Origin: Candidatus Thorarchaeota archaeon
GTDB lineage: Archaea > Asgardarchaeota > Thorarchaeia > Thorarchaeales > Thorarchaeaceae
DNA: 64,000 bases
Reading direction: 5' to 3'
Assembly: GCA_048884785.1 (NCBI GenBank)
Contig: JBHLQM010000003.1
Location: 70,813 to 134,812 of the forward strand
In this document: in pieces, positions 1 to 10,136 of the stretch
How the letters are laid out: each line of letters starts with the position of its first letter
Position numbering within the stretch: the stretch's first letter is position 1
Position numbers and translations under genes: made by a program
The notes under the pieces: model-generated
Told to the model about the DNA's origin: nothing
Databases searched by the model: none
The model's input: only the letters and a program-made list of their open reading frames with translations

Positions 1-288
1 GTGGATTTGATTGAACTTGCTTAGAGCCTGATATATCTGTTCAGAAGAGCCTGGTTTCGAGGTTATGAGAACAATAACTTGGATTTCATATCCCATTCTG
101 CGATAATTCACGTCAATCGTGAAATGCTTGATCATACCCCTCTCCAGTAGTTTCTCAATTCGGTTCCGTACAGACGAGGGGCTCATATTTACCTCTTTAG
201 CAATATCTCTCAGTGAGCTTCTTGCATTCTTTCGAAGCATATCAATAATTTTGAAATCGTTATTATCTGGTTTATCGACTGAGCCCAT
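1..288 (-). CDS. Lrp/AsnC family transcriptional regulator (C-terminus runs off the window start)
   Basis: Missing from the ORF track because it leaves the window. My translation of the minus strand from ATG 288-286 gives MGSVDKPDNNDFKIIDMLRKNARSSLRDIAKEVNMSPSSVRNRIEKLLERGMIKHFTIDVNYRRMGYEIQVIVLITSKPG... This is an AsnC-type HTH followed by the start of the ligand (RAM) domain. Confidence 0.75.
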   Translation of the reverse strand, partial: MGSVDKPDNNDFKIIDMLRKNARSSLRDIAKEVNMSPSSVRNRIEKLLERGMIKHFTIDVNYRRMGYEIQVIVLITSKPGSSEQIYQALSKFNQIH

Positions 289-379
289 ATGTGCTATCCC
301 ATCCGATATAGAATTGGGAGTACCTACTAAGAGATAAATGCTAGGGGAGGTTTGCTAATAGGCTTGATAGACTTCATTT

Positions 380-775
380 CTATTTCACACGAACAATGAC
401 CATCTTGCCCATTACATCCCACACTTCAACTTCTACATTATTCTCGATTTTGCTGGCAATGTCGGGGTCCGCTGGTTTCTCAACCTCATAAGTCGCATAT
501 GTTTCGGAATCCATGAGACTGAGGTTATCACCAAGATCCGCAATCACCGTTGCGCTTCGCTTGTCAATTAGAGGTACATCAACCATGCGGTCTGCAGGCA
601 TGATAACATTACGTTTTCTATTTGTGAAGAAACCTACCGCAGTAATGTTTGCCTTTGCAGCTCCATGTTTGCCGGGTTTTGATTTCTCAATAGTGAGGAT
701 GCGACATGGTTCGTCCTCGATTACAAAATATGCTCCCGGCTTGAGGCCTTTTACGACCGCTTTCTTGATACTCAT
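380..775 (-). CDS. eif5a: translation initiation factor 5A (aIF5A)
   Basis: 131 aa with the hypusine-site loop SKPGKHGAAKA. Size and two-domain layout are typical of archaeal IF5A. Confidence 0.9.
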   Translation of the reverse strand: MSIKKAVVKGLKPGAYFVIEDEPCRILTIEKSKPGKHGAAKANITAVGFFTNRKRNVIMPADRMVDVPLIDKRSATVIADLGDNLSLMDSETYATYEVEKPADPDIASKIENNVEVEVWDVMGKMVIVRVK

Positions 776-849
776 TCAATCACCATTCCATTGGTTTTAC
801 GTACCAGTGGCTTCACAAATCTTGGAGTTCTAATTATACTTTTTCTTTC

Positions 850-857
850 TTTATATG
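850..857 (+). promoter_or_regulatory. TATA-box-like element upstream of the NAD kinase gene
   Basis: TTTATATG lies about 20 nt upstream of ATG 877, a spacing compatible with a leaderless or short-leader archaeal transcript. This is a sequence-only guess. Confidence 0.3.
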
Positions 858-876
858 ATGTGCTACCTAGCAGAAA

Positions 877-1809
877 ATGACAAGAGTAAAAGGGAACCAG
901 ATAGAGCACGAATACAGGTGCACATCCATGTCAATTAAAACTAATCCTCAGATACTCAGTAAGAAGCGCTCCGTGGGCCTTGTATGCAAACCAGGAAAGC
1001 GAGATATTGAAGCAACCGCAAGCAATCTTGTAGACATTCTGATCAAGAAGGGTATCAAAGTCCTGGGTGACGAGGGTTCGTGCACGACTGTACACCAGAA
1101 GGTAGAGGTAACCAGCATATCAAAGATGGATGTGGATTTCGTGATTACAATTGGGGGTGATGGTACCATTCTCTATACTCTTGGGCAATTGCCCGACAGA
1201 GAAACTCCCCTCTTCTGCATCAACACGGGAACTGTTGGCTTTATGACTGAGAGCAGCACCACAGATGCAGAAGCGGCATTGAATGAGATTCTCAACAACA
1301 ATTGCATCATAGAGAATAGCGTCAACATAGCCTCTGGAGTCGGAAATCGTCGGTTTGAGGATGCTTTGAATGAAGTGTATGTTGTTTCTCGTATCCCAGG
1401 GAGGTTGCTTACATTCGATATCAGAGTTGATGGTATACAGATTGACTATGGAAGAGCTGATGGTGTGATGGTAGCCACTCCCAATGGATCATCGGCATAT
1501 GCACTTGCTGCAGGAGGTTCAATTCTGACTCCTCGTGTTCATGGTCTAATGCTCGTGCCTGTATGTCCCCCCAGATTTGAGCTAAAGTCAATGGTTATTC
1601 CCGATGATGGCCTGATCGAACTTGAACTAGTAAAAGATGACGCTCATGGACTGGCGGTGATTGATGGGCAGACACAGTATGATGTCGCATACCATGAAGT
1701 AGTCTGGATAAAGAAATCAAAGGGTGTCAGCAGATTCATTCGGCTGAGTGACAACTACTATCACCGACTTAATACTCGACTTGTGCCGCGAGCAAAAAAG
1801 GTGACCTGA
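877..1809 (+). CDS. nadK: NAD kinase
   Basis: 310 aa with the GGDGT motif (ITIGGDGTILY) and ATPNGSSAYALAAGG, characteristic of NAD kinases. ATG 928 is an alternative start. Confidence 0.85.
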   Translation: MTRVKGNQIEHEYRCTSMSIKTNPQILSKKRSVGLVCKPGKRDIEATASNLVDILIKKGIKVLGDEGSCTTVHQKVEVTSISKMDVDFVITIGGDGTILYTLGQLPDRETPLFCINTGTVGFMTESSTTDAEAALNEILNNNCIIENSVNIASGVGNRRFEDALNEVYVVSRIPGRLLTFDIRVDGIQIDYGRADGVMVATPNGSSAYALAAGGSILTPRVHGLMLVPVCPPRFELKSMVIPDDGLIELELVKDDAHGLAVIDGQTQYDVAYHEVVWIKKSKGVSRFIRLSDNYYHRLNTRLVPRAKKVT

Positions 1810-2325
1810 TTGGTTTCATACTTCATTGTTGATACTGGCATATTATTATCAAACTGGAGCATGACACAACCGGAATCAACACTATTAACGACTAGGCGGA
1901 TTGCCAACGAAATCAGAAACCGACCCAGCATTCAGCGATTGGAGAATCTTCTATCTACTGATAGGATAGTGATTGAAGAAGTAGAGGAGAAATGGATTGA
2001 ACTAGCCCGTGTTTCAGCCCGAGAAACAGGTGACCTCTCTGTACTATCTCCATCGGATCTTGAATTATTAGGATTGGTGATTAAAAAGCACCGAGAGGGA
2101 TTCCAATTCACACTTGCATCCATGGATTTTGCAGTATTGAATGTGGCTAGCCATATTGGCGTCGGAATACTTAATCCTATGGGGCAAATGAAACATCGAA
2201 TTGAATGGGCAATGAAATGTCCTGCTTGTGGCCATAGAAGCGATAATACAAGGATGCTCGAGTGCGATATTTGCGGAACCAGAATGAAGAGAATTGCCAA
2301 AAAGACGAAGCGTCTTGAATACTGA
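1810..2325 (+). CDS. nob1: Nob1-like endonuclease (PIN domain plus C-terminal zinc ribbon)
   Basis: 171 aa with a PIN-like N-terminus (YFIVDTGILL, LSPSDLELLGLV) and C-terminal CPACGH...CDICG. The TTG start directly abuts the nadK stop codon. Confidence 0.6.
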   Translation: MVSYFIVDTGILLSNWSMTQPESTLLTTRRIANEIRNRPSIQRLENLLSTDRIVIEEVEEKWIELARVSARETGDLSVLSPSDLELLGLVIKKHREGFQFTLASMDFAVLNVASHIGVGILNPMGQMKHRIEWAMKCPACGHRSDNTRMLECDICGTRMKRIAKKTKRLEY

Positions 2326-2395
2326 ATTAGTAATACCTCAGTTATACTCGTCATTATGTTACGAATTTCCTTTTCATAAAGAGAGGTTAAGAATA

Positions 2396-2662
2396 ATGAG
2401 TCATCGAAGGGCACTCACTATCGACCGAGAGATCGATGATGTTAAGGCTCAGGTTAAGCGTGAGATAGATACGATAAAGGACCTCATGAATAGCTATGAC
2501 TATAGAAATTCGCCTGCAGGATGGAATGCACCTTTTCAGCTTCATCGACTCAGAAGAGCTCTCCGTATCCACTATCTTGCTCTGAATATTCGTGATTCGA
2601 CTCCTGTATCTCCAAGCATGAGGGAGTTGGTTTGGGAGATCGACCCCAACGAGAAGTTCTAG
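2396..2662 (+). CDS. hypothetical protein
   Basis: 88-aa ORF from ATG 2396, preceded by GAGAGGT at 2381-2387. The longer track ORF (2294) overlaps the nob1 3' end. No recognisable motif. Confidence 0.4.
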   Translation: MSHRRALTIDREIDDVKAQVKREIDTIKDLMNSYDYRNSPAGWNAPFQLHRLRRALRIHYLALNIRDSTPVSPSMRELVWEIDPNEKF

Positions 2663-2665
2663 AAA

Positions 2666-3094
2666 TCATTCACCGATAAGTAGAAGCTCTACTTGTCTCC
2701 TGCGTGCCTTATTATCAAAATCTATGAATGTGACTTGCTGCCATGTTCCCAGTGTCATTTTTCCATTTACAAATGGGATTGTAAGACTTGGCCCTAGAAT
2801 TGAGGCTCGAATATGGGCGTGTCCATTTCCATCCCCCCAACGTAGATGATGTTCATAGACCGCATTTTGTGGTGCCAATTTCTCCATTGTGTTTGGGAAG
2901 TCCTTTAGAAGACCATCTTCATATTCGATTGTTGTGACTGCTCCCGTGGAGCCAGGACAAAACACGGTGCATATCCCATTTTGCATACCGCTTTCTTTCA
3001 CAACTCTTGAAACCTCATCGGTTATATCTAGCATATCACAATTCCCTCGTGTATTCAGGGTGAGAGTAGAATGGTACGTTCCCATAACTTTCAC
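2666..3094 (-). CDS. YjbQ/UPF0047 family protein (secondary thiamine-phosphate synthase-type)
   Basis: 142 aa. The pattern ...CTVFCPGSTGAVTTIEYEDGLLKDF...HLRWGDGNGHAHIRASILG...GTWQQV matches the YjbQ family. Confidence 0.8.
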   Translation of the reverse strand: MKVMGTYHSTLTLNTRGNCDMLDITDEVSRVVKESGMQNGICTVFCPGSTGAVTTIEYEDGLLKDFPNTMEKLAPQNAVYEHHLRWGDGNGHAHIRASILGPSLTIPFVNGKMTLGTWQQVTFIDFDNKARRRQVELLLIGE

Positions 3095-3145
3095 TACCGA
3101 CTTTTAATGAAAAACTGACTATGTAATGGTATTCAGGATTTATTA

Positions 3146-5083
3146 CTAATCCGTCGCGTGCTTTTCAGTTCCTTTCTTTATTAGTGCCCTCAGTCGGTTT
3201 CCCCTGTCTAGAAGTTCGTCTTCTCTCTCCTGTAATGCAAGTAGAGCTGCGATATACTTGTCCTTCTGCAAAGCCTGAATGACCGCAATGGTACCAAGCA
3301 TAACTTCATCGCGAGTGGCTCTTGCAATGTCATCCATATCCTGTACTAGCTCCGCAAGCTTCTGCTTGTTTTCACTCCGTTTGTATGTGAAAAGAGTTTC
3401 ATAGATAGTAAATAGGTCTTCAAATGCTTCCTTCATCTCACCTGCAATCTTGAATCCTTGAGCTGATTGCTCAAGTAAACTCGTTGCTTTCTCTCTAACC
3501 TCTGGTTGATTTATTTGAAGTGCTTCCTTTCCGGCTGTTCGCTTCCAGACAGTAGATAATTCATATACCTCAAGCTCTTCATAGTATTTCGCGGCTTCTT
3601 CAGCCTTTTCGCTTGCTATCCAATGAAATGATTCTTTTCGTTCAGAGTTACCTAGGTCGCCAGCGCAATCAGCGGCCTTGGTATAAAAACGTGAACTCTC
3701 TTCAGGGCTTCCAGCTGCCGCGTTCCTATCGGCAAGTTCAACGTACAAATCCACAGCCTTTTCTCGTTGAGCATCTGCATCTGCTTCCTTGCCCGCCTCG
3801 CTGAGTACAGATGCAAGAGATTCTAGAGCCAATGCCTGAAGTTCCTTGTTCTCCTCCTTTTCTTCGTCATTAACCTGGTTTTTGTAATACTGAATCACAT
3901 CGTTGTAGATCTTATTTGCTTCATCGATACTTCCCCATTTTCTTAAACACATTGCTTGATAACGGAGGTATCGCATCTCTGATTCTTTATCATCTTCTTT
4001 TGCAGCAGTTTCAGCTAGCTCTGAAAATAGCTCATTTGCCCTTTTGAACGACCATTTAGCCTTCATTGGACTTTTGACTTCAGTGAACATATCCCCTGCC
4101 TTTACAAGCAACGGCGCAACCACTTCTGGGGCGCCATCCATCTTAAGATAGGCTTCAGCAGCTTTGAACATCGCCTGATTTCTAGCACTTGTCAGGCGCT
4201 CCAGCTTATACACTTCTTGAGCCGCATCGTAAATGTTTCCAGCTTTTTCGTATAGCTGTATCTCTTCATAGAACTCTCCTGCATCCAGCATCAATTTCGC
4301 GGCTTCAACGAATTCATCGCGTGTCTGCATAATTTGAGCCATCTCCGCTAATGCATTACCTGCTTCCAAATAGTTGTTATTCGATTTGGATTCCTCTGCC
4401 CATCTCTGTGCAACTCTCATGGCCCGTTCGTTGACTCGTGCACCCAATTCTTCATCGCCGACTGAATAGTATAATCTGCCTATCTTCTTCAGAAGTCCGA
4501 TTGTGTTTTTCAGCTCTCCTTGAGTTTCTCGTTCGTCCGCAAGATTCTCCAGAGCCTCAACGGATCTGAGTGTGATGCTATTTTTCTTCTCCTCGGGAGC
4601 GAAATCAGTTGCTCTGGAGAAGAATTCCGAAGCTATTCTGAATTCGGATTCTGAAAGCGCGGTTTCAGCCGCTAGCATGTTTAACCGGACTATTTCTGGA
4701 TGATATTCTTCTTTACCTTCACGCATGAGCATTAAAGTCGCTTTTTCGAAGAGGTTTAAGCAATCTTCCAGAAGACCAAGTTCTTTTGCTAGAATCCCAG
4801 CTTTCTCAAATGTTCGAGCAGCATTTTCGTTTTCCTTCTTAGCTGAGAAGCTTTCTGCAACCTGAGTAAGAAGTTTTAGAGCAAGCTCTTTCTTGTCATC
4901 CTTAATTGCCTGCATCGCCTTCTGGAGCTTCTCTTTATCAGAGACCACTTGCTTCACCTTTGGAAATTGCTCTGGAGCATGTAGTTTCTCATCTTTTTCG
5001 AGCAGATATTGATTTTCATCATGTATTGGTGTTTGTATTGCGGGCGCAGAAGACTCATATATAACTCCCTCCAAGCCCTTCAT
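3146..5083 (-). CDS. large all-helical TPR/SNAP-like repeat protein
   Basis: 645 aa with many ~40-aa helical hairpins carrying the motif A..FEKAG/YEKAGNIYDAA/AGEFYEE. No TM segment and no catalytic motif. Confidence 0.6.
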   Translation of the reverse strand: MKGLEGVIYESSAPAIQTPIHDENQYLLEKDEKLHAPEQFPKVKQVVSDKEKLQKAMQAIKDDKKELALKLLTQVAESFSAKKENENAARTFEKAGILAKELGLLEDCLNLFEKATLMLMREGKEEYHPEIVRLNMLAAETALSESEFRIASEFFSRATDFAPEEKKNSITLRSVEALENLADERETQGELKNTIGLLKKIGRLYYSVGDEELGARVNERAMRVAQRWAEESKSNNNYLEAGNALAEMAQIMQTRDEFVEAAKLMLDAGEFYEEIQLYEKAGNIYDAAQEVYKLERLTSARNQAMFKAAEAYLKMDGAPEVVAPLLVKAGDMFTEVKSPMKAKWSFKRANELFSELAETAAKEDDKESEMRYLRYQAMCLRKWGSIDEANKIYNDVIQYYKNQVNDEEKEENKELQALALESLASVLSEAGKEADADAQREKAVDLYVELADRNAAAGSPEESSRFYTKAADCAGDLGNSERKESFHWIASEKAEEAAKYYEELEVYELSTVWKRTAGKEALQINQPEVREKATSLLEQSAQGFKIAGEMKEAFEDLFTIYETLFTYKRSENKQKLAELVQDMDDIARATRDEVMLGTIAVIQALQKDKYIAALLALQEREDELLDRGNRLRALIKKGTEKHATD

Positions 5084-5097
5084 TGTAAGGGATTCTA

Positions 5098-6204
5098 TTG
5101 AGCAATGGAGAACCCATCAGGGTCGGTCTGATAGGTACGGGAAATATCGGAAAGACTCATCTTACCGGTATCGCAGCCTTGAGAGAAGCAGGGCTACTTA
5201 ATGTGAAGATTACTGCTTTATGCGATGTTGATTCATTTGCTTTGTCATCTGCAGGAGAACTATTCGATGTAGAAACTCTCTATGAAGACTACAATGACCT
5301 TGTTCAGGATAATAATGTGGATGTTGTCTATGTCTGTACTCCAACGAACAAACATAGTGATATGGTCAGAGCAGCTGCAGGCGCGCGGAAACAGATATTC
5401 TGCGAAAAACCTTTGGCACATAGCGCCCCTCAGGCAAGAGATCTACTTGCCGTAGCTCAAGACGCTGGAGTCAAAACTACGGTAGGATTAGTACTAAGAT
5501 ATGATCAGTTCTTGTTGTATGCCAAGAAGTTAATTGAAGAGAAGGATTTCGGGAAGCCCATGCTCGCTCATATCAGGGACGATCAGAGATTTCCGGTGGA
5601 TTATATATATTACAGTCAATGGCGTGGAACTAAGGCGCAGGCAGGTGGCGGGACACTTATCGAACACAGTATTCATGATATTGATTTGCTTCGCTGGTTT
5701 TTTGGGGACGTAGAAAGCGTCTATGCTCAGGTAAACCATTTCTCGGAGAAGGAAGTTGAAGATCATGCATCGATAATCCTAACTCACAAGGGCGGCACTG
5801 TAAGCACGCTAGATTCTATTTGGCATTGGGTTGATAGGCCAAATGAACGATTTATTGAGATGTTTTTCCAAAAGGGCTACATCAGTATCCGGCTTGAAAC
5901 TGGAAATAGGTACCTTGAATATCAACTCGAGGGTGATTCTCCAATTCGTGTTTGGAAGGAAAATGCTGATGATGCACTTCTTGCAGAACTTGGATTTCAC
6001 TCACGAAACATCTCACCAGAAGCATTGAATGCAATCACCTCCATAGGTACTGAACGATTTGCGGCGATGAGTTTCTCATTCCTGAAGGCCATCCAAAGCA
6101 ATACTATTCCAACTCCCAGCCTACAAGATGCTGTTGCGGCTCATCGAGTTGTTGATGCCGCATACGAATCATCAAACCGACAGCATCCTGTACCTATTCT
6201 ATGA
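5098..6204 (+). CDS. Gfo/Idh/MocA family oxidoreductase
   Basis: 368 aa with an N-terminal Rossmann GLIGTGNIGKTH, VYVCTPTNKHSDM and EKPLA motifs. TTG start. Confidence 0.8.
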   Translation: MSNGEPIRVGLIGTGNIGKTHLTGIAALREAGLLNVKITALCDVDSFALSSAGELFDVETLYEDYNDLVQDNNVDVVYVCTPTNKHSDMVRAAAGARKQIFCEKPLAHSAPQARDLLAVAQDAGVKTTVGLVLRYDQFLLYAKKLIEEKDFGKPMLAHIRDDQRFPVDYIYYSQWRGTKAQAGGGTLIEHSIHDIDLLRWFFGDVESVYAQVNHFSEKEVEDHASIILTHKGGTVSTLDSIWHWVDRPNERFIEMFFQKGYISIRLETGNRYLEYQLEGDSPIRVWKENADDALLAELGFHSRNISPEALNAITSIGTERFAAMSFSFLKAIQSNTIPTPSLQDAVAAHRVVDAAYESSNRQHPVPIL

Positions 6205-6220
6205 TATATGAAAAGATGCC

Positions 6221-7648
6221 ATGAAGACACCCTTAAGTAGCAAAAAAATCGTTCTAGATTTGAACATGAAGCCAATTCAGCTTAAGGATGCCGACCCCTC
6301 GAACTATGATGCGATCATTGCAGGAGGAGGCGCAGGGGGTCTTCTCACTGGACTTTCACTTACAAACGAGGGAAAGCGAGTTTTAGTATTGGAGAAGGCC
6401 GACCGACTTGGAGGAGTATGGCATAGCTATTGGATTGATGGTTACAGAGTTGACAATGGGCTGCATGTTATAACTCGCGTAAAAACAGGTGCTTTCGCTC
6501 GATTCATGAGAACATATCTCTCGCCGCCCCCAGAGTTCATCTTACATGATGGGTGGTACTTTCGAGTCAATGACAAAGTTGGTACTATCCCTACAAGCAT
6601 TGGTGAAACCCTCCGCTGGCCGTTAACAGGACTACGCGGCCGTTTTGGGCTTGCTAGGATTGGGGCTAAGATCAAAACGATGAAGCTTGATGAAATGAAG
6701 AAGTACAAGGATATATCATTCCTAGACTTCATGAAATCAAGAGGGGCAACAAATCAGGTTATGCTTGATGTAATGCAGAGTGCAATATACATGGCTGCAG
6801 GTGTTGGCATTGAGAAAGCATCTGCATACGAAGCGCTTAGAACGCTCAAGGATACTGATAAAGAGTCTACCAAATTAGAATCTGCAAAGCGGCTTCTCTT
6901 TGGGACACAAGACTATGATGAGGGATATGTACTCGGAGGAATGGAGGGTCTCATCAGGCGAGTCATCGAAGCCATCGATGGAGATTATGTCCTAAATGCT
7001 CCGGTTGAGAAGATTCATGAATCAAATGGAGAAGTGGTTGGGCTGACCGTTGCAGGTAATAGAGTTGAGCACAAGTGCATTATCAGCAATATTCCTCTCT
7101 GGGCAATGAACAAGATCGTGGCTTCGGATTCAGAAGCGAACGCCAGGTTCTTTGAGAAATGGAGTAATATTGTGCCTACTCATGGACTAACAGTGTGGCT
7201 TGGCCTAGATAGAGTCATTATTGGAGACCGAAAGAATCGAGTACTTGTTCATCCAAATCCAAATAGATGGATTGTGTCCATATCTAGCTTCGACCCTTCA
7301 AGTGCTCCCGAGGGTAAGGAGCTTGTTGCGATAGCCATGATGAGTATACCCGGCAAAACAGTCCAAGAACAGGTGGATATTCTTAAGGGAAATGGGCTGG
7401 AAGAATACTACCCTGGCCTTCTTGAGAATATAGAGATGGAGCATGTTCAATCATCATATGCCACAAGAGCCCAACTTATTCCAGGACAGACCGACCTTGA
7501 CAGACCTGGGCCAAAAACTCCCATCAAAGGTCTCTACATTGTTGGGACTGACACTGCAGGAAGTGGAGTCGGCTTGCAGCAAGCTGCAAACTCAGCTGAA
7601 GGTGTAGTAGCTGCAATGAAAGCGGATAGAGCCTTGAGCTTTGACTAA
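6221..7648 (+). CDS. FAD-dependent oxidoreductase (phytoene desaturase/amine oxidase-like)
   Basis: 475 aa with the dinucleotide-binding motif DAIIAGGGAGGLLTGLSL..VLVLEK..RLGG near the N-terminus and a C-terminal GTDTAGSGVG. Confidence 0.7.
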   Translation: MKTPLSSKKIVLDLNMKPIQLKDADPSNYDAIIAGGGAGGLLTGLSLTNEGKRVLVLEKADRLGGVWHSYWIDGYRVDNGLHVITRVKTGAFARFMRTYLSPPPEFILHDGWYFRVNDKVGTIPTSIGETLRWPLTGLRGRFGLARIGAKIKTMKLDEMKKYKDISFLDFMKSRGATNQVMLDVMQSAIYMAAGVGIEKASAYEALRTLKDTDKESTKLESAKRLLFGTQDYDEGYVLGGMEGLIRRVIEAIDGDYVLNAPVEKIHESNGEVVGLTVAGNRVEHKCIISNIPLWAMNKIVASDSEANARFFEKWSNIVPTHGLTVWLGLDRVIIGDRKNRVLVHPNPNRWIVSISSFDPSSAPEGKELVAIAMMSIPGKTVQEQVDILKGNGLEEYYPGLLENIEMEHVQSSYATRAQLIPGQTDLDRPGPKTPIKGLYIVGTDTAGSGVGLQQAANSAEGVVAAMKADRALSFD

Positions 7649-8915
7649 ACAAAGGAAATCAATCGAAATGGACGAACTTAGTGAGTCAAAATCTGAGCAA
7701 ACACTGCAAAACGGTGTAAGTAGGACCGTCCCATTATTGGGCCTTTTGACTCTCCTTACTATTGGAGCTGCGGCACTACTTCATGTTAACCAACCAGAAT
7801 TCATTCTTGATCGTTTTCCAGGTATAACAGAGTTTGATTATTCACTCTTTGATAGCATGCTTTACCTTTCCTATTTGATTGTGGGAATCTTGACCGGTAT
7901 ATTCTCGGACCGGTGGAAGAAACGCAGACTCTTTGTGTTTGTTGGAGCTTTTGGTTCAATCCCGTTTTACTATCTCATGACAACGGCGCCATCCTACTCC
8001 CTGCTTCTTCTCTACCGCTTCATACAAGGGTCATTCACGGTTATGATATGGCAGACGATGATGACCATGGCGCTTGATCATTCCAACATACAGAACCGTG
8101 GAAAGAGCATGGGCGTTTTTGGAGCCTTTTTGGCTCTGGCGATGGGAATGGGTCCAGCAGTTGGAGGTCTAGTTGCATCTTATGGTGTCTTTATGCCATA
8201 CTACACAGCGTCCGGGATTAATGTCGTTGTTCTCCTAATTGCATTTTTAGCGTTAAGGGAACCGCTACTCCCGAAGAGCAGACCCTCACTAGTTGAAAGC
8301 ATCTCGATAGCTCGGAGGCAGCCGAGATTGTTTATTCCTGGGTTGTTCAATTTTATCGATAGGTTGCACATAGGCTTCATTCTAACTGCTCTGCCTCTAT
8401 TCCTCTCTGTAGTACTTGGTGTATCAGAATCGCTGCGTGGAATGTCGCTTGCCATTTTTGCCCTGCCTTTCATTATTCTGCAGTACCCTATGGGAAGATT
8501 CTCTGACAAACATGGTCGTTATGGTCCATTAATCATTGGAAGCATTGGGTATGGAATAACGTTGATGTTGGTAGGATACCTAGGTTCTTTTGGCTTTACG
8601 GTTCTCCTGCTAATGCTGGCCATTCTTGGTATATTCTCTGGAGTTACAGCTCCGCCTTCAATGGCTTTGGTTGGTGATGTTACTAGTCAGAATGATTCTG
8701 CAATGGCAATGGGGTTCTTCAATTTTCTGGGAAATGTCGGAATCACCGTTGGTCCTCTCCTGTTTGGAGTAGTGATTCTATTCTCAGATTTTATTGCTGC
8801 TTTTGCGATAGCAGGTCTACTTGAGCTGGCAACTTTGAGTGTGAACCTGGTTCTCATCAGAATCCTATCTTCCCACAAAAAGCAGCATTTTTATCCACGA
8901 AAACAAGCCAAATAA
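7641..8915 (+). CDS. MFS transporter
   Basis: 424 aa with about 12 hydrophobic segments and an MFS loop motif, GIFSDRWKKRR. Overlaps the upstream gene by 8 nt. Confidence 0.75.
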   Translation: MTKQRKSIEMDELSESKSEQTLQNGVSRTVPLLGLLTLLTIGAAALLHVNQPEFILDRFPGITEFDYSLFDSMLYLSYLIVGILTGIFSDRWKKRRLFVFVGAFGSIPFYYLMTTAPSYSLLLLYRFIQGSFTVMIWQTMMTMALDHSNIQNRGKSMGVFGAFLALAMGMGPAVGGLVASYGVFMPYYTASGINVVVLLIAFLALREPLLPKSRPSLVESISIARRQPRLFIPGLFNFIDRLHIGFILTALPLFLSVVLGVSESLRGMSLAIFALPFIILQYPMGRFSDKHGRYGPLIIGSIGYGITLMLVGYLGSFGFTVLLLMLAILGIFSGVTAPPSMALVGDVTSQNDSAMAMGFFNFLGNVGITVGPLLFGVVILFSDFIAAFAIAGLLELATLSVNLVLIRILSSHKKQHFYPRKQAK

Positions 8916-8919
8916 TCAC

Positions 8920-9300
8920 ATGCCGGTAACTGAAATAACTCTTGGAGTGTTACTCACTTTCATTGGGATGATTATCTCTCTCATCATTGGCAGCCTTGGT
9001 GGTAAGGAATATCGCTGGTTGGTGCCTTCTGTTTTGCTGTTTGGAATTGGAATCCCCCTTCTGATGTTTTCTACTTACCTCAGTTTTTCATCCCACGTTG
9101 TTGCGATTGATTGGCCTCGAAGTGCATTTTGGAGTGAACCATATTTGGCTTCAGCAATTGGATGCTGGGCTGGAGGATTCCTCGGCATCAAAGCAGGGTC
9201 GATTTGGTCACGAGATGATGATAGATCTTGCCTGCAATGTTCTCTAGTTCCTGTCTTTTTATTGCTTCTGGGATCTATCATTCTTCTTGCTATGCCTTAG
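8920..9300 (+). CDS. small integral membrane protein
   Basis: 126 aa with four hydrophobic segments, 4 nt after the MFS gene. Confidence 0.5.
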   Translation: MPVTEITLGVLLTFIGMIISLIIGSLGGKEYRWLVPSVLLFGIGIPLLMFSTYLSFSSHVVAIDWPRSAFWSEPYLASAIGCWAGGFLGIKAGSIWSRDDDRSCLQCSLVPVFLLLLGSIILLAMP

Positions 9301-9522
9301 TATTGGATTTAGTAGATTGGAGAAGAACCGAAGGATGTAGTTCCTTTCTCTGCACCAAAACTCATTTCTTCAAATCCGAAACCTCCATAGGATAGATATC
9401 TGATTCGGTTTCTTTGAAAGAGATATCAGTCCCTGATTTGTGTAATGAACGAAACAGTTTTGTTACACCGATGTCGGGCAAAGATTAGTCAAGAGGCTTC
9501 TATTCCTCAGGAGTCAATTAAG

Positions 9523-10083
9523 ATGCCAATGATTGAGATTCGCTGGCACGGCCGTGGCGGGCAGGGCGGCGTTACATCTGCCGAGTTGCTGGCAAAGGCA
9601 GCGTATTACGATGGTTTCAAAGGTGTGCAGGCATTTCCCTATTTCGGAGCAGAGAGGCGAGGGGCACCTGTTAAGGCCTTTACGAGAATCTCTGATAGAG
9701 AGATAAATGTAAGAAGTCAAATCTACGAACCCAATATTGTTGCTGTGCTTGATCCTGGGATTGTTGATTTAATAGATCCTGCAGAAGGTATCCAAGAAGA
9801 TGGTATAATTATTATCAACACAACAAAGAAACCCTCCGATTTTCATTACGGTTCAGCCAAAGTGTGGACATATGATGGAACTGGAATAGCGCTACGATAT
9901 GGTCTCTTGGTCGCGGGTTTACCCGTCGTAAACACTACAATGCTAGGCGCATTTGCCAAAGCCACAAGTCTTGTTAAGTTGGACACAGTTCAGAGAGTCA
10001 TCCAGGAACGATGGCCCGGAAAAGTTGGCGAGAAGAATGCCGTTGGAGCTAAGGAGGCCTACGATACCTGTACTAGCAAATAG
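9523..10083 (+). CDS. porG: 2-oxoacid:ferredoxin oxidoreductase gamma subunit
   Basis: MPMIEIRWHGRGGQGGVTSAELLA...FPYFGAERRGAPV is the typical gamma-subunit N-terminus. I chose ATG 9523 (after CAGGAG) instead of the longer track ORF starting at 9445. Confidence 0.75.
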   Translation: MPMIEIRWHGRGGQGGVTSAELLAKAAYYDGFKGVQAFPYFGAERRGAPVKAFTRISDREINVRSQIYEPNIVAVLDPGIVDLIDPAEGIQEDGIIIINTTKKPSDFHYGSAKVWTYDGTGIALRYGLLVAGLPVVNTTMLGAFAKATSLVKLDTVQRVIQERWPGKVGEKNAVGAKEAYDTCTSK

Positions 10084-10136
10084 CCTCGCTGTCTGTCCGT
10101 GAATAATAGTTGTAGCCTGTAAAATCACAATGTACT

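Noticed and set aside
119-337. 72-aa plus-strand ORF at the window start
   Set aside because: It lies antisense to a well-supported Lrp/AsnC regulator gene (1-288, minus), and its own sequence has no recognisable features.
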